Notes: generated by a model not told the origin, from the sequence alone. 64,000 nucleotides of DNA from Chiloscyllium plagiosum (GCF_004010195.1 NC_057718.1:96495765-96559764); one strand, 5' to 3'; numbered from the stretch's first letter, positions 14,478 to 27,816 are shown. Numbers and translations are program-made.

Positions 14478-14797
14478 GAGGATGGCCTAGTGGTATTGTC
14501 CCTGAACTGTTAATCTAGTGACCCAGGTGATGCTCCTGGATTCAAATCTTGCTAGGCAGATGGTGGAATTCAAATTCAATTAAAATATAATCTGAAATTA
14601 AGGGTTTAGTGATGGCCATGAATCCATTGTCAATTGTTGGGAATAACCCATCTGATTCATTAATGCCCTGTAGGGAAGGAAACTGCCATCTTTAGGTGAC
14701 TCCAGACCCACAGCAATGTGCTTGCCTCTTAACTGAGCTTTGGGTTGGACAATAAACACTGACCCAGCTAGCAATGCATGAATCCTGTGAATGCAAA
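14478..14797 (+). mobile_element. tRNA-derived SINE with CR1-like tail
   Basis: gatggcctagtggt A-box head and a tail shared with the LINE ends at ~20635 and ~46900. Other copies at ~18925-19195, ~34325-34625 (-) and ~50100-50800. Confidence 0.7.
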
Positions 14798-16307
14798 ATT
14801 CCTGTCAATCCTGAGAAAACAAAAGTGGAGGATGATCAGACTTTTAAAGCGAGTAGGCAGTTTCTCAATGTATCCTAGATTTTCAGAGCAGGCAATGTCA
14901 TCTTTTAAAACTTGTGATCATTTGTGGTCTGGCATCCATGGACTTGTACATTATTTATTTTGCCCAATCTAATCTTTACTCCCAATCTGCTGATACATCT
15001 GCATTGAAGATAGAAAGCTCTTCACTTTAGTTTATTGAGCCATTTGGACATTGTCTTTTGCGCTCTGTGGATGTCTTGCTGGTGAACTAGGCATTTTCAC
15101 GTCCTCTGTCATGGTCTAAGAGAACTCCTGTTTACTGAGCCTTATCTCTGTCATCGGATCTAACAAATCCTCTTCAATGGATAAAGGATCAGAAAGTTGC
15201 TCTAAAATATCAGTCAGCTTGTCAACTGACAACAAAGTCAATTCTGCAACATCAATTTCATCAATGGGCTATTTTTCAATCTGAGCAATGTCTAATTGAT
15301 TCTGTCTAATCTTCAGTTAAAGCGTAATCAATGGGCTCAAGTGGATGCCTTGCTCATTGTTCTTCTACATCCTCTGGCAAACGTTGCTGATTTTTGTCAT
15401 CTGAATTTTCTTTAATGATGACAAGAATCATTTCTGCCTGCCTTGGAAAGTCACAGACATCTTTCAGGTTGATAATTCTCCCACACCAACACCAGTAACC
15501 TCAGTAGATAATTTGATTTTGGGTTCCATCATAAATATAGGAAGATGATATAATCTTCTACTATTAACCTCTCTTCTGGTTGTTCTCTTCCACAAGGATG
15601 TTGGGTTCAAGACAGTTCTGAAGGCTTAAAAGTGAGAAATGTTGATTGTGGATGTTATAACCAGTTTTCAACTCTCTTGCAATTTTTGTGTTACATTATT
15701 ACTCGATCTGTACCTCTATGTTCGTGAGTTATTCAACATAGAGCGTATAGACCCATGTTTGCAGCCTCTAACTTCTGTTTCTTCAAGCATGGTATTTGCC
15801 CTGACATGACACTCAATCCAATTTTAAGCTTAAAATGAATGACTAGTCTATTACCATGAATAAGTGCTCTCTAATTCAAGTTGGTTGAATAAATAATTTT
15901 TGTTACAAATGCCTCTGGTATTTTTTCCAATGGTAGGTGTCTCTGTATTGCTTGCTGTGCGTTTCTCCACCATTTTTACCATCAAAATAGTGATTTCTCA
16001 CTTCCTTCTGTAGTCTTGCCTGGGGTTTCCAGCCTTGTTGTGGAAAGATGAATATTCCCCTAAGTTTCAATGTGAAAAGCACAATATACATTTCTATCCT
16101 TGTTTTTTTTTTCAAACAAGCCTCTATGGTTGAACCTTTGTTGAATCTTCCTGCCAAATCCATGGTTTTAAGCTGCTTACTTCCCAATGTGATCAAATTC
16201 TTAAAATACTTCTGGCTTCTTCTGTTTTTAACTTGACCTTTAACTTGACAATTTATCAGTTCCTCAATGTTGCCAAAGCTATGGCCTCAGTATTAACCAA
16301 GCCTATT

Positions 16308-16582
16308 GGGGGATGGCACAGTAGCTCAGTGGTTAGCACTATTGCCTCACAGCAGCAGGGACTCAGGTTCAATTCCAATGTTAGGCAACTGTCTGTGTAG
16401 AGTTTGCAAATTCTCTCCACGTCTGTGTGGGTTTCCTCCCGCAGTCCAAAGATGTGCAAGTTAGGTGGATTGGCCATGGGAAATGCAGGGTTAGTGGAGT
16501 GCATCTGTGTTGGATGCTTTTTAGAGGGTCACTGTGGACTCAACGGGCCAAACAATCTGTGTTCACACTGTTGGGATTCTAA
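16308..16582 (+). mobile_element. HE1 SINE (V-SINE)
   Basis: ggcacagtagctcagtggttagcact head, cagtccaaagatgtgca core, CR1-type tail. Confidence 0.85.
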
Positions 16583-18329
16583 CTTACTGGCCCTAGACTT
16601 TATTACTGTAGCCATACAGCTTCCTATAATGGAGACAATAAATTCAAAGTGGAAGTACCTCTTTACCTTTTATCCTGACCAGTCTGTTGCTTTGTACCTG
16701 CATTTAAAGATTTTCTTTCCCCCTTACCTGCAGTGATCTTTACAGTTATTCACAGAGCCTCTACAGAGTCGATCCTCACAATTGGGACTTCCCTTCCAGA
16801 ATTTTCCTGGAACTGTGACTAGTCTTTTTCAGTCTTCTCCTAGCCCACCCTGTCTTCTCTCTTCCTCCTGAGCTGAAGGCTTTAGCTATGTCTTAAAATG
16901 CAAATAGGTGAATGTTTACCACAACATGTGCCCTGAATTGTTGAACGTACAGAAGTTTATTTGGGTGTTGGGGCTTAGTGGTTGGATGAAAGATGGAAAG
17001 GACTCCATTCTGTTCAGAGATTCCTATGTTTAGTGCTCATCCAATTGAATTTCCTGCACAATTGTGCATTACTTGCAATGTATGAACCTATAGCATAGAA
17101 ACAGACCCTTTGGTTCAACTCGTCCATGCCGCCCAAGTTTCACAAACTAAACTCACCTCACTTGTCAGGAATGATGAAGGGCTTTTGCCCAAAACATTGA
17201 TTCTCCTGCTCCTCGGATGCTACCTGACCGGCTGTGCTTTTCCAGCACCACACTCTCGACTCTGATCTCCAGCATCTGCACTCCTCACTTCCTCCCATAT
17301 TTCTCTAAACCATTCCTGTTCATGTCCAAATATCTTTCGAATGTTGCAAGCACACTTGCATCTACCACGTCCTCTGGCAGTTCATTCCACGTATGAACCC
17401 ACCCTCTGTGTGAAAAACACCTGCTCACATTTCGAGAATGAACACGGGCGAAAATTCCGACAGGTGGGTAACGGGCAGAAAATTCCCATTCGTCAAACCA
17501 TTATCTCACAAAAAGTCATCTCCTTTTGTATTATTATTTGCAAAATAAATCGAAAAAGAATTCAGAACAAAGAGGCTACCATCTCCCTCATCTCTCCATA
17601 AACAGCAGCAGAACTCTGAGCGACTGCCATAAGTGCCGAAAATGAATGTTGGGAAAGGGTAAATGGCAGCCTGAGCGTTCCAAAGGACATTCTGTCCTTT
17701 TTGGCCGTGAGGCATTATTGAACCCAAATTGACCATGCTGGGATAAATCCTCGCTGTTTGAACTTCTGCTTAACATTGGCCCACGATTTCTCTCCTTATA
17801 AGTCAGTCAACAACCCAACTGTGAGGGAGGACATCATTGAAGATGAGTTATTCATGGGAGCACTGTTGAAGTGATTTTCCAGGAATCACCTGGGAATGAG
17901 CAGTAGCTTTGAAGACTATGCGTGAAATTCCAACTCTGAACCAGGGCGATATATAGTCCAACAAACTGTACATTGTAAAGAACAGAGGTGTCCTGAGCAT
18001 TTGTAATTTGTGACTTGTATGAAGTCCTGACAAATGTAGTATCATCATGTCCTATCCAGAACTGCTTGGAGCTTTGGCCAAAAGCAACATTGGCAAGTCC
18101 ACTGTAAAGGGACCATAATTCTGCGTTATGTCAGATATGGCAACAACATAAAACATTGCACATTTAAAAGCTCCTAAAATTACTTCATGTAAGTAAGCCC
18201 ATAAATAATGCAAGTAAGCTAAAGAAAATGTCAACATGTTGAAAATCACAGTTACTCATGCAAGTTTAATAATTCATCTTTCCTTAAGAAATTTCACAGT
18301 TACTGCCTTGCTCGCAAACTGAACTCCTG

Positions 18330-18900
18330 TCTGTAACCTGAACGTGTGAAATCCCAGAGAACTCATTTCCTCCTTATTTCAGCTCATTTCATTCCTCCAC
18401 ATACTCAGTCTCTTCCCATCAACATCTGTAACTTCTCTGACATGTTGCACCACTTCAATCTTTTTAGTTTCCTGGAAATAACCATTTTCTTCACATTTTG
18501 AGCATCCAGTCCCTCTCCACGTCTGTCACCCATTTAAGACTCTGGTCTTTCTTTTCTGATTGGATGCCCAAGGACCTACCATTGCCCTCGGTTGTTCTTC
18601 CATTGAACAATTGCTCCCTTGACTCTACTCACATCCTCCAAACAAAAGACGTTGCTATGGGAACATTCCTATCAATGCCAGAATCTATGTGGACATGTCT
18701 GAACATTATTTGTTCTCATTCACCTCAGGTTTCCACCCACACCTCAATAGATTGGAGACTGCTTAGTGCTATTTCCCAATCTCTTCCCAAACTGGAAAAA
18801 GTCATTAACCTTGTCTCCAATGCCCGCCCTTCCCTTACCTTTATATGATCCATCTCTGACTCTGCCTTCCTTTTTCTGCGTTCTCTCTTCCTCCATTTCC
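18330..18900 (+). mobile_element. Highly degraded Penelope-like RT fragment
   Basis: LNNCSLDSTHILQTKDVAMGT matches LNNFSFESSHFLQTKGVAMGT of the element at 26.3 kb. Confidence 0.7.
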
Positions 18901-19439
18901 AATATGTGGCTTTCGACCCATATGGAGGGAGGTGATATCCTAGTGGTACTGTGGGACATTCATTGAATTCAATTATTTCAATAGTAATCTAGAATGAAGA
19001 GTCTAATAATAATGAGTCGACTGTCAGGGGGAAATCCCAACTTCTTCACTAATGTCCTTTAGCAAAGAAAATCTGCCATCTTACCTGATCTGGCTAACGG
19101 GTGACTCCAGACCTACATCAATGTGATTGATCCTTAACTGCCTTGTGGGATGGCTTAGCCAGTGAGATCCACATTCCATGAATGATTAAAAAAAGGAAAA
19201 CTCTGTGCTTGCTGATTCCCAAAGCTATCTTGACTGCACAGGTGTTGTACAAATTGGGTAGTTTTTGGAGCATGCTCTGCTTTTATTTCCAAATTCCAGC
19301 ATTTGTAATTTTTTTTTTGTGTTTGCACCCTTGTGGTCCTATTCGATTCCAACAAGGACATTGCAGAATGAGGGCCAGAAACCTGGTATGCAAATGAGTT
19401 TGTTAATTTGTTGTTCTTTAACAGTGAGAAGGAAACTGG

Positions 19440-19707
19440 AGAGCGTGTGTATGTGTGGGCTATGTGTGTCTGTGTGTTGTGTGTCTGTATGTGTATGTTT
19501 GTATGTGTATATATGTCTCTGTGTGTTGTGTGTGTATATCTGTGTGCATGTGTCTGTGTGTTTATGTGTATGTGTTTATGGGCGTGTGTATATGTATGTG
19601 TTACGTATGCTGTGTGTGTGTATGCACTGTGTATGTATATCTATCTGTGTGTGTGTGTGTCCATGCGTGCATACGTATATGTTGTGTTTCTGTGTGCGTG
19701 TGTGTTT
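19440..19707. repeat. Degenerate (TG)n/(TA)n microsatellite
   Basis: Seen directly. Confidence 0.95.
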
Positions 19708-20634
19708 GCAAAATTGACAAGTTATGACTCACTCTGTCTATAATTACTCATCAACAGTGAAATGGTCTTCGTGACTTCACCAAAAAACAAATACAAGTTC
19801 CCACAATGAGATACATTAATTTGTGCATCTGTGCTCTCGACAATGCTTTTCAAAATGGTACCTGTTGTAAGTAGCGATTTATAAACATTTCACTGTACTC
19901 ATTTGAATCCATGTGACAATAAAGCTCACTTATTCTTCAAGTCTAGAACTTTACCACATCTTTGATAAAGGGTTTAAGAGATGGGGAAGTGGCACACCAG
20001 CATGAGAAGGTGGGGAACTGTGAGGAAGAGGAGGACATTCCCCCATTGTCTTCCCATTGCCAATGCTATCTTCTTCATGGTGGGAATGAAAGCAGCTGAA
20101 TAGATTGCCAGGACCCCAATGCATTCACTGAACAGAGGGCTGCTTCCCATACCTGCAGGACCTCAGGGTTCTTCAGCTTCGGAGAGGGGACTGTCTGTGA
20201 AACCAGGCAACCTTGTGGTGACCCCCAGTAAGGGAACTCCATGTTGCCGTCTCCTGGAACAATCATTTTGTACAGCATTCCCTCCCCCTCCCTGACCTCT
20301 GGTGCCTGTCTGCCTAACCCCCAGCTCCATCCAACCCTTTTTGAAGTGCCTCAGACCTTGAAGCAGTTCTCCAACCTCCCTCCATTCAGCTGCAACCCCC
20401 AGCAATGGGCACTGACCTTCTGGCTAGGCCAGCTCCCTGGGGGTATGTGACCACTCTCAGTAAAAAGCATTTCCCTCCATCCCCCAACCCAACTCCCAAA
20501 CCCTACACTCCCAAAACCTGTTTTCCCCCCCAGTTTCAGTTCCAGGGGAGGGACTTTGGCATTATGTGAAAATTCATATTAGTCCAGATGGAAGTTCTTA
20601 GTGCTTAGTCGTTTACATTAATCAATGAAATGTG

Positions 20635-21350
20635 GATCATTGCCCAACCCTAATTGCCCTTGACAAGGTGGTGGTGAACTGCATTCTTGAATTTGTGCAG
20701 TGCATGTGCTGAATATTAACCCATAAAGAGGATAGGGATGGAATTCCAGGACTTTGACCGAGCGACGGTACGGGAATATATTTCCAAATCAGGATGACAA
20801 GTGTCTTGGAGAGGCACATGCAAATGGTGGTGTTCCCATGTATCTGCTGCCCTTGTCTTCCTCAGATGGAAGTGGTCGTAGGTTTGGAAGGTTCTGCCTG
20901 AGGATCTTTGGTGAATTTCTGCTGTGCGTCTTGGAGCTGGTACACGCTGCTTCTGCTGCACATCAATGGTGGGGGGATTGGATATTGTGCCAATCAAGTG
21001 GGCCACTTTTTCCTGGATGGTGTCAAGTTTCTTGAGTGTTGTTGGAGCTGCAACCATCCAGGCAAGCATGGAGTATTCTATCACATTCCTGTCATGTGCC
21101 TTATCGATAACAGACAGGGGTTGGAGAGCCACAAGGTGAGTTACTCGCTGCAAGATTCCTAGTTCCTGACCCACTCTTGTAAACACACTTATATGGATAG
21201 TCCAGTTCAATTGCTGGTTAATGGTCATCCCCAGGTTGTTGATCATGGGAGATTCAGCGATGGTAATGCCACCAAATTTCAAACGGCAATGGTTATATTC
21301 TCTCTTATTAATGCCTGGCCCTTGTTTGGCGCAAATGTTATTTGCCACTC
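20635..21350 (-). mobile_element. CR1-group LINE (distinct from HER1), RT C-terminus and 3'UTR
   Basis: LGMTINQQLNW...VIEYSMLAWMVAAPTTLKKLDTIQEK. Related pieces at ~2540-2930, ~46590-46955, ~58485-59060 and ~61290-61460. Confidence 0.75.
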
Positions 21351-23089
21351 ATCCGATGATACATCTGAAATAAATATTGCTTTCATTCAGTCTTCAGTAT
21401 GTTTGCAACTTTACCCCCTTCCCTCAGCCAGTATTAAATACTGACTCTTTCAGCAACATTGACCTATCAGTATTTCCCAAAAAAAGACAAACTTTTGAAA
21501 CTTTTCGTCGTGCACTCCTCAGGACAGACGAAAGCATGTAAAATTTCAAAAGGAGCAACAATTTAAACTGCACAAGACAAGGGGTGGTGCTGTTTGGTTA
21601 GTGAATTAATTCAGCTTGTTTGAGGAGTTGCCATGATGAATACACTAAGGAACTACAGTGTCCGAAATTTTTGCTCAATTCAAAATTTGTTAAATTCAAA
21701 ACTACACAGCATCTGGACATATTCCTTTCCCCTTTCTGAATCAGGGTCATTTTGCATCATATCTTACGCAGCATAAATTATAGTTCCTCTTGAAATTCTG
21801 CCTTGTGTCTGTCTTGATGAATACAAGATGAAAGAAGGGGCTAGGTCTAGTTTTTAAAGCTAAAGTATTCAAGGGTATGGGGAGAAAGTGGGAACAGGGA
21901 CTGCGTTGGATGGTCAGCCGTGTTCATGTTGAATGGCAGAGTGGGCTCGAAGTGCCGAATGGCCTACTCCTGCTCCTACCTTCCATGTTTCAGTGAAAAG
22001 TTTCAACAGCGGTTTGTAGCAATATTCAGTTTTGTGCGACTGACTGAATAGTGACTCTGCAGATAGCACCCCAAGAGACAAGACTCTGGTTTAAGTAGCA
22101 TTGATAATGCTCACGAGATGACACTGGAATAATAATTGCAATCATAATGCAGATCTAACCTGTGGGGTGTAGTGACGAGTGTAAAACGGGCGGTGGTGAG
22201 CGTGCAGTCTGATGCAAACTAAAATATCAGGAGCTAGGTTACACAAGCTGCAAACCCTCTTTTCACACTCTCACGTAATGCCAAGATCCACCCTGGTATA
22301 TTTGTTTGTCTATTCTGAATGTTTGTATGGCTAAAAATACACCCAAGATATTCCAAAATGACACTCCTTTCGCAGACAGTCTTGAATTTGCTCAGGCTAG
22401 GATTACATGCCTTGCCAACTATCCATACCCTTTTTTTTCTGGTACAGTTAAAGCCATTGGCAAAAAACACAAGTTATTTGTCATTACTGTGCTACCCCAC
22501 CCCTATCCCCAACCAACCTTATTTCATCAGTCATCGTGGTTCCTTGTGTTAAAGCTCGTGGGCTCTGACTGAGCAGATCGAGAGGATGAGCTCGACCATC
22601 TTTATGCCCTTGCCGCTGACTCCACTGTTTGCTGCACAGTGCGTTTCTAAGCTGAGCTCCACTCACACTCTCTCCCTCATGCCCTCTGCTTGCAACTGCT
22701 CCTTGCCAATCCAGCCAAAATCAGCAAACCTGACATCTGGGGGAAGCCCAGAGCAAACATTCAGCAGGCAAAGCAACGTCTTCCAGGCTACGGTGCAGTA
22801 TGCTACCAAGTTGGACCTGACACACTCGACAAAACAAATTTCGTAATATTTGTTGTCTGCAGCATTTCCTAATCTAACGCTACTGGCCTTGACACTTCAA
22901 GTGCTCATGTCAAAAATAGAACATAATCAAATGATTCCAACTTAATTCATATTTGGCACGTCTATTCCACTCCAAGGTCTTAAAAATCTCAATTCGACAG
23001 GGACTATACCTGTCTGCTTGGAAGCATGCCAGCAGATTTCTGCCAAAGTCAAGAGTCAGTGTGTAGCGACTTCTCCACACATCCATCAA

Positions 23090-23900
23090 GAAAAAAAAAC
23101 ACCTTACATTCATATAGCACCTTCCATAACCTCAAAACTTTCCAAAGTGCAATTAAGTACTTCTAACGGACATCTCCGTATGTGGGAAAAGCAGTGGTCC
23201 AGTATGTGCACAACAAGGTTTAACGAGCACCCTTGAGCTAGCTGACCTAACCAATGGGTTAGGCATTGGTTGAGGGATAGGCGTTGGTCGGTGCACCAGG
23301 AAGACTTCTCTGTTCTTCTCTGTTCTCTGAATCATGAGAGGGCAGACGGTGTCTTTATTTAACACCTCATCAGAATGACACACACTGGACCACTCACTCC
23401 CACTCAACATGTCCACTATACAGCATCAACGTCAACTTCTCTAATTTCCTTATCTCTCCTTCCCCACATCATTCCAGATCCAACCCTCTTACTCAGCACT
23501 ACCCTCTTGACTGTCCTAGTTGTCCATCTTCCTTCCCAGCTATCCGTTTCACCCTCTCCTTCAGTCTATCACTGTCAACCCCAACCTGCACCTCCCTATT
23601 ACTTTCCCAGCCACCTTTCCCCCACACCCACCTTCCTATTTATCTCTCAGCCCCTTTGCCCCACCACATTCCTGAAGAAGGGCTTATGCCTGAAACGTCA
23701 GCTCTCCTGCTCCTCAGATGCTGCCTGACCTGTTGTGCTTTTCCAGTGCCACGCTTTTCGACTGACTCTCCAGCATCTGCAGTCCTCACTTTCCCCTCAG
23801 CATCGCACCCAAGCATCAACTCAGATGGTGTGCTGAAATCTCCAGAAGGGACTGGAATCATTCTGGCCTGCAAACTCACAACTGACACCATATACAGTCA
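23090..23900 (-). mobile_element. DeuSINE (SacSINE1-like) split by a Penelope 3' fragment (~23390-23795, +)
   Basis: Deu-domain-like gagagggcagacgg...acctcatcagaa and L2-type tail. The insert carries ctgaagaagggcttatgcctgaaacgtc. Confidence 0.65.
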
Positions 23901-24766
23901 AAAGAAAGCCAAAAGCAATTGACCAATGCTGTTTCGGCCTGAAGTCAGCAGTTTCAGTTCATAAGCGATTGATTTATGGAGGGGGGGGGGCAAGTCATAT
24001 TCGGAGCTGGTATGGGGAGCCAATATAGTCCTTGCCAGGAAACCATTGATACTTGAGCTATCTTTGAAGACCTCTGGTACAGTCAGCTTGGTTTCTCACA
24101 CATATGTGTGAAAAGGAATTTCCTTTAGCAAGCCCTCGCTTTACTCTATGCTGAGCCAACAAAAACCATGGAACTAATATTTGGAATGGGAAATTCCTAC
24201 CCGTAGGAAGTACTTAGAACAGGAAGTTACTGTCCACAATTACATTGGTGGTTTGCATGTGCCCTTGCCAATGCTGGCAGTTTTCCACCGTTAGACAGAA
24301 ATGAATAGGATGGCAAATGTCTGATCTGTTCGTTTGGCAACTTAACTAAGATGGAAAGGCTGTTACATGCTCCTTACTGAACTCTGTCAACATTGTTCCT
24401 TTCTATAAAAAAAAACGGCCTTGTGCTAAAAGATCACCAAGTTCAAATTAACGTGAGATTCAATAGCCCTTCCAAACAAACAATAATATTTAATGGGAAA
24501 ACATTGTAAAGACAGAGTAAAATCAGGTTCCCATCAGTGATAAAGTAATGTTAGGTACAGTACAGACACATTCCATTGACCAAGGTGAAATTCAGTGATC
24601 ACTTGTTGAAAAGTGGAATGAGGTAAAAGTTACATAAAGGCTTGATTTTGACTGTGATAATCTTAATACCAGATATGATAAAATCATGGTACTTCTTACA
24701 TCACCAATGGAATTTGTGTTTATTATGGGCATTTGCCACATTTTAAGCTTATATGTTACAATATTC

Positions 24767-25062
24767 ATAGAATCCTTACAAGAGGGAAGCAGGTCATTTG
24801 GCCCATCGAGTCCACACTGACCATCCGAAGACCAACCCACCTAGACCCAATTCCTATTTTATCCCTGTATTCCCCATGGCTAATCCACCGAACCTGTACA
24901 TTATTGGACTGTGGCAAGAAACCAGAGCAGCCAAAGGAATCTCATGCAGACACCGGGAGAACTTGCAAACGCCACACTGATAGTCACTCAAGGGTGGAAT
25001 TGAACCCGGATTCCTAGCGATGTGAGGCAGCAGTGCAAACCACTGAGATACTGTGCCACCCT
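24767..25062 (-). mobile_element. HE1 SINE
   Basis: Reverse complement of the HE1 head, core and tail. Confidence 0.85.
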
Positions 25063-25857
25063 ATTGTTAATTATGAATTGTGTAGTATAAGGAAATGTTT
25101 ATATGTTTGTTTCCAGCTATATCCAGGATTTTAGTTCTCTGGTAATCCTTCGCAAGAGTTGTGGGAGAAAGTGAGGACATCAGATGCTGGAGATCAGAAT
25201 CAAAAGGTGTGTTGCTGGAAAAGCGCAGCTGGTTAGGCAGCATCCAAGGAGCAGGATAGTCAACATTTCAAGCATAAGCTCTTCATCAGGAATGCTGCCT
25301 CGGATGCTGCCTAACACCTGTGCTTTTCCAGCACCATACCTTTTAGCAAGAGTTATGCCCTTTGGAAATTCTCTCTGTCATGCCCATCCATATATCCAGA
25401 ACTATGAGTGGGTCTGATGTCAGTCAAGTTGGCCTTAATGACTTTGAGTATTCCCAGGGCAGAAGGCTCTCTAAGCTTACATCATAGTGGATCTGAAATT
25501 GGGACATGTTCATGTCCAAAGGGATATGGGTGTCTGTATTCCAAGGAACTGAAAGCTCATATGCAGGTGCATCAAGCAATTAGGAAGCTAGGTAGCATGT
25601 TGTCCTCTTTGACAAAATGATTTGATGAGGAGTAAAGACGTTGTGCTTCAGTTGTACAGAACCCTGGTACGATGGTACCTGGAGAGTTATTCCAGTTTTG
25701 GTCTTCCTGATCTCAGAAAAGGATTATTAGATTAGATTACTTACAGTGTGGAAACAGGCCCTTCGGCCCTACAAGTCCACACCGACCCTCCAAAGAGCAA
25801 CTCACCCAGACCCATTCCTCTACATTTACCCCTTCACCTAACACTACAGACAATTTA

Positions 25858-27662
25858 CATCTCTTCCAACCGCCCCCTCGACCATGACCCCACCCCTATC
25901 ACCAAACCATCATCTCCCAGACCATACAGAACCTCATCACCTCAGGAGGTCTCCCACCCACAGCTTCCAACCTCATAGTCCGGGAACCCCGCACTGCCCG
26001 GTTCTACCTCCTTCCTAAAATCCACAAGCCTGAGCACCCTGGCCGACACATTGTCTCAGCATGCTCCTGCCCCACTGAGCTCATTTCTATCTACCTCAAC
26101 ACTATCCTATCCTCCCCGAGTCCAGGAACTCCCCACATACATTTGAGACACCACCCACGCCCTCCACCTCCTCCAAGACTTCCGTTTCCCCGGTCCCCAA
26201 TGTCTCATCTTCACCATGGATATCCAATCCCTCTACACCTCCATCCGCCATGACCAGGGCCTCCAAGCCCTCCATTTTTTCCTCTCCAGATGTCCCCAAC
26301 AGTACCCTTACACCGACACCCTCATTCGTTTGGCCGAACTGGTCCTCACCCTTAACAATTTCTCCTTCGAATCCTCCCACTTCCTCCAGACCAAAGGGGT
26401 AGCCATGGGCACCTGTATGGGTCCCAGCTATGCCTGTCTCTTTGTTGGCTACGTAGAACAGTCGATCTTCTGTAATTACACTGGCACCACTCCCCACCTC
26501 TTCCTCCACTACATTGATGACTGCATTGGCGCCACCTCGTGCTCCCGCGAGGAGGTTGAGCAACTCATCAACTTCACCAACACATTCCACCCTGACCTTA
26601 AATTCACCCGGACCATCTCTGACACCTCCCTCCCCATCCTGGACCTNNNNNNNNNNNNNNNNNNNNNNNNNNNNNNNNNNNNNNNNNNNNNNNNNNNNNN
26701 NNNNNNNNNNNNNNNNNNNNNNNNNNNNNNNNNNNNNNNNNNNNNNNNNNNNNNNNNNNNNNNNNNNNNNNNNNNNNNNNNNNNNNNNNNNNNNNNNNNN
26801 NNNNNNNNNNNNNNNNNNNNNNNNNNNNNNNNNNNNNNNNNNNNNNNNNNNNNNNNNNNNNNNNNNNNNNNNNNNNNNNNNNNNNNNNNNNNNNNNNNNN
26901 NNNNNNNNNNNNNNNNNNNNNNNNNNNNNNNNNNNNNNNNNNNNNNNNNNNNNNNNNNNNNNNNNNNNNNNNNNNNNNNNNNNNNNNNNNNNNNNNNNNN
27001 NNNNNNNNNNNNNNNNNNNNNNNNNNNNNNNNNNNNNNNNNNNNNNNNNNNNNNNNNNNNNNNNNNNNNNNNNNNNNNNNNNNNNNNNNNNNNNNNNNNN
27101 NNNNNNNNNNNNNNNNNNNNNNNNNNNNNNNNNNNNNNNNNNNNNNNNNNNNNNNNNNNNNNNNNNNNNNNNNNNNNNNNNNNNNNNNNNNNNNNNNNNN
27201 NNNNNNNNNNNNNNNNNNNNNNNNNNNNNNNNNNNNNNNNNNNNNNNNNNNNNNNNNNNNNNNNNNNNNNNNNNNNNNNNNNNNNNNNNNNNNNNNNNNN
27301 NNNNNNNNNNNNNNNNNNNNNNNNNNNNNNNNNNNNNNNNNNNNNNNNNNNNNNNNNNNNNNNNNNNNNNNNNNNNNNNNNNNNNNNNNNNNNNNNNNNN
27401 NNNNNNNNNNNCCTCCTCCCTGACCTATCACCTTCATCCCCTCCCCCAGTCACCTATTGTACTCTATGCTACTTTCTCACCACCCTCACCCTCCTCCAGC
27501 TTATCTCTCCACGCTTCAAGGCCTCTGCCTGTATTCCTGATGAAGGGCTTTTGCCCAAAACGTTGATTTTACTGCTCCTCGGATGCTGCCTGAACTGCTG
27601 TGCTCTTCCAGCACCACTAATCCAGAATCTGGTTTCCAGCATCTGCAGTCATTGTTTTAACT
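25858..27662 (+). mobile_element. 5'-truncated Penelope-like retroelement (RT) inserted into an HE1 SINE; spans assembly gap 26647-27411
   Basis: FYLLPKIHK, MDIQSLYT, QTKGVAMG and HYIDD RT motifs; 3' terminal repeat with hammerhead core at 27537; TSD act(a/g)cagacaattta at 25843-25857 and 27663-27677; HE1 halves at ~25725-25857 and ~27663-27817. Confidence 0.92.
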
Positions 27663-27816
27663 ACTGCAGACAATTTAGCATGGCCATTTCACCTAACCTG
27701 CACATTTTTGGACTGTGGGAGAAAAGCCAGAGCACCCAGAGGAAACCCACACAGGAACAGGGAGAAGGTGCAAACTCCACATAGACAGTTGCCTGAGGCA
27801 GGAATTGAACCCAGGA

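Larger units (their letters stand above)
7442..22816 (-). pseudogene. Unidentified multi-exon pseudogene (large protein)
   Basis: Exon-like segments with AG/GT ends and compatible phases: 22816-22518 (phase 0/2, 1 stop in 99 codons), 22438-22160 (2/2, 2 stops), 18101-~17588 (phase 2, 3 TGA in ~171 codons), 9228-8889 (ends phase 1, 3 stops), 7751-7442 (phase 1, open ~103 codons). Further decayed blocks lie at ~16.9-13.5, 12.8-12.55 and 11.5-9.7 kb. Confidence 0.55.

Noticed and set aside
16308..16400. tRNA-like A/B boxes here and at other SINE heads
   Set aside because: These are SINE heads, not cloverleaf tRNA genes.
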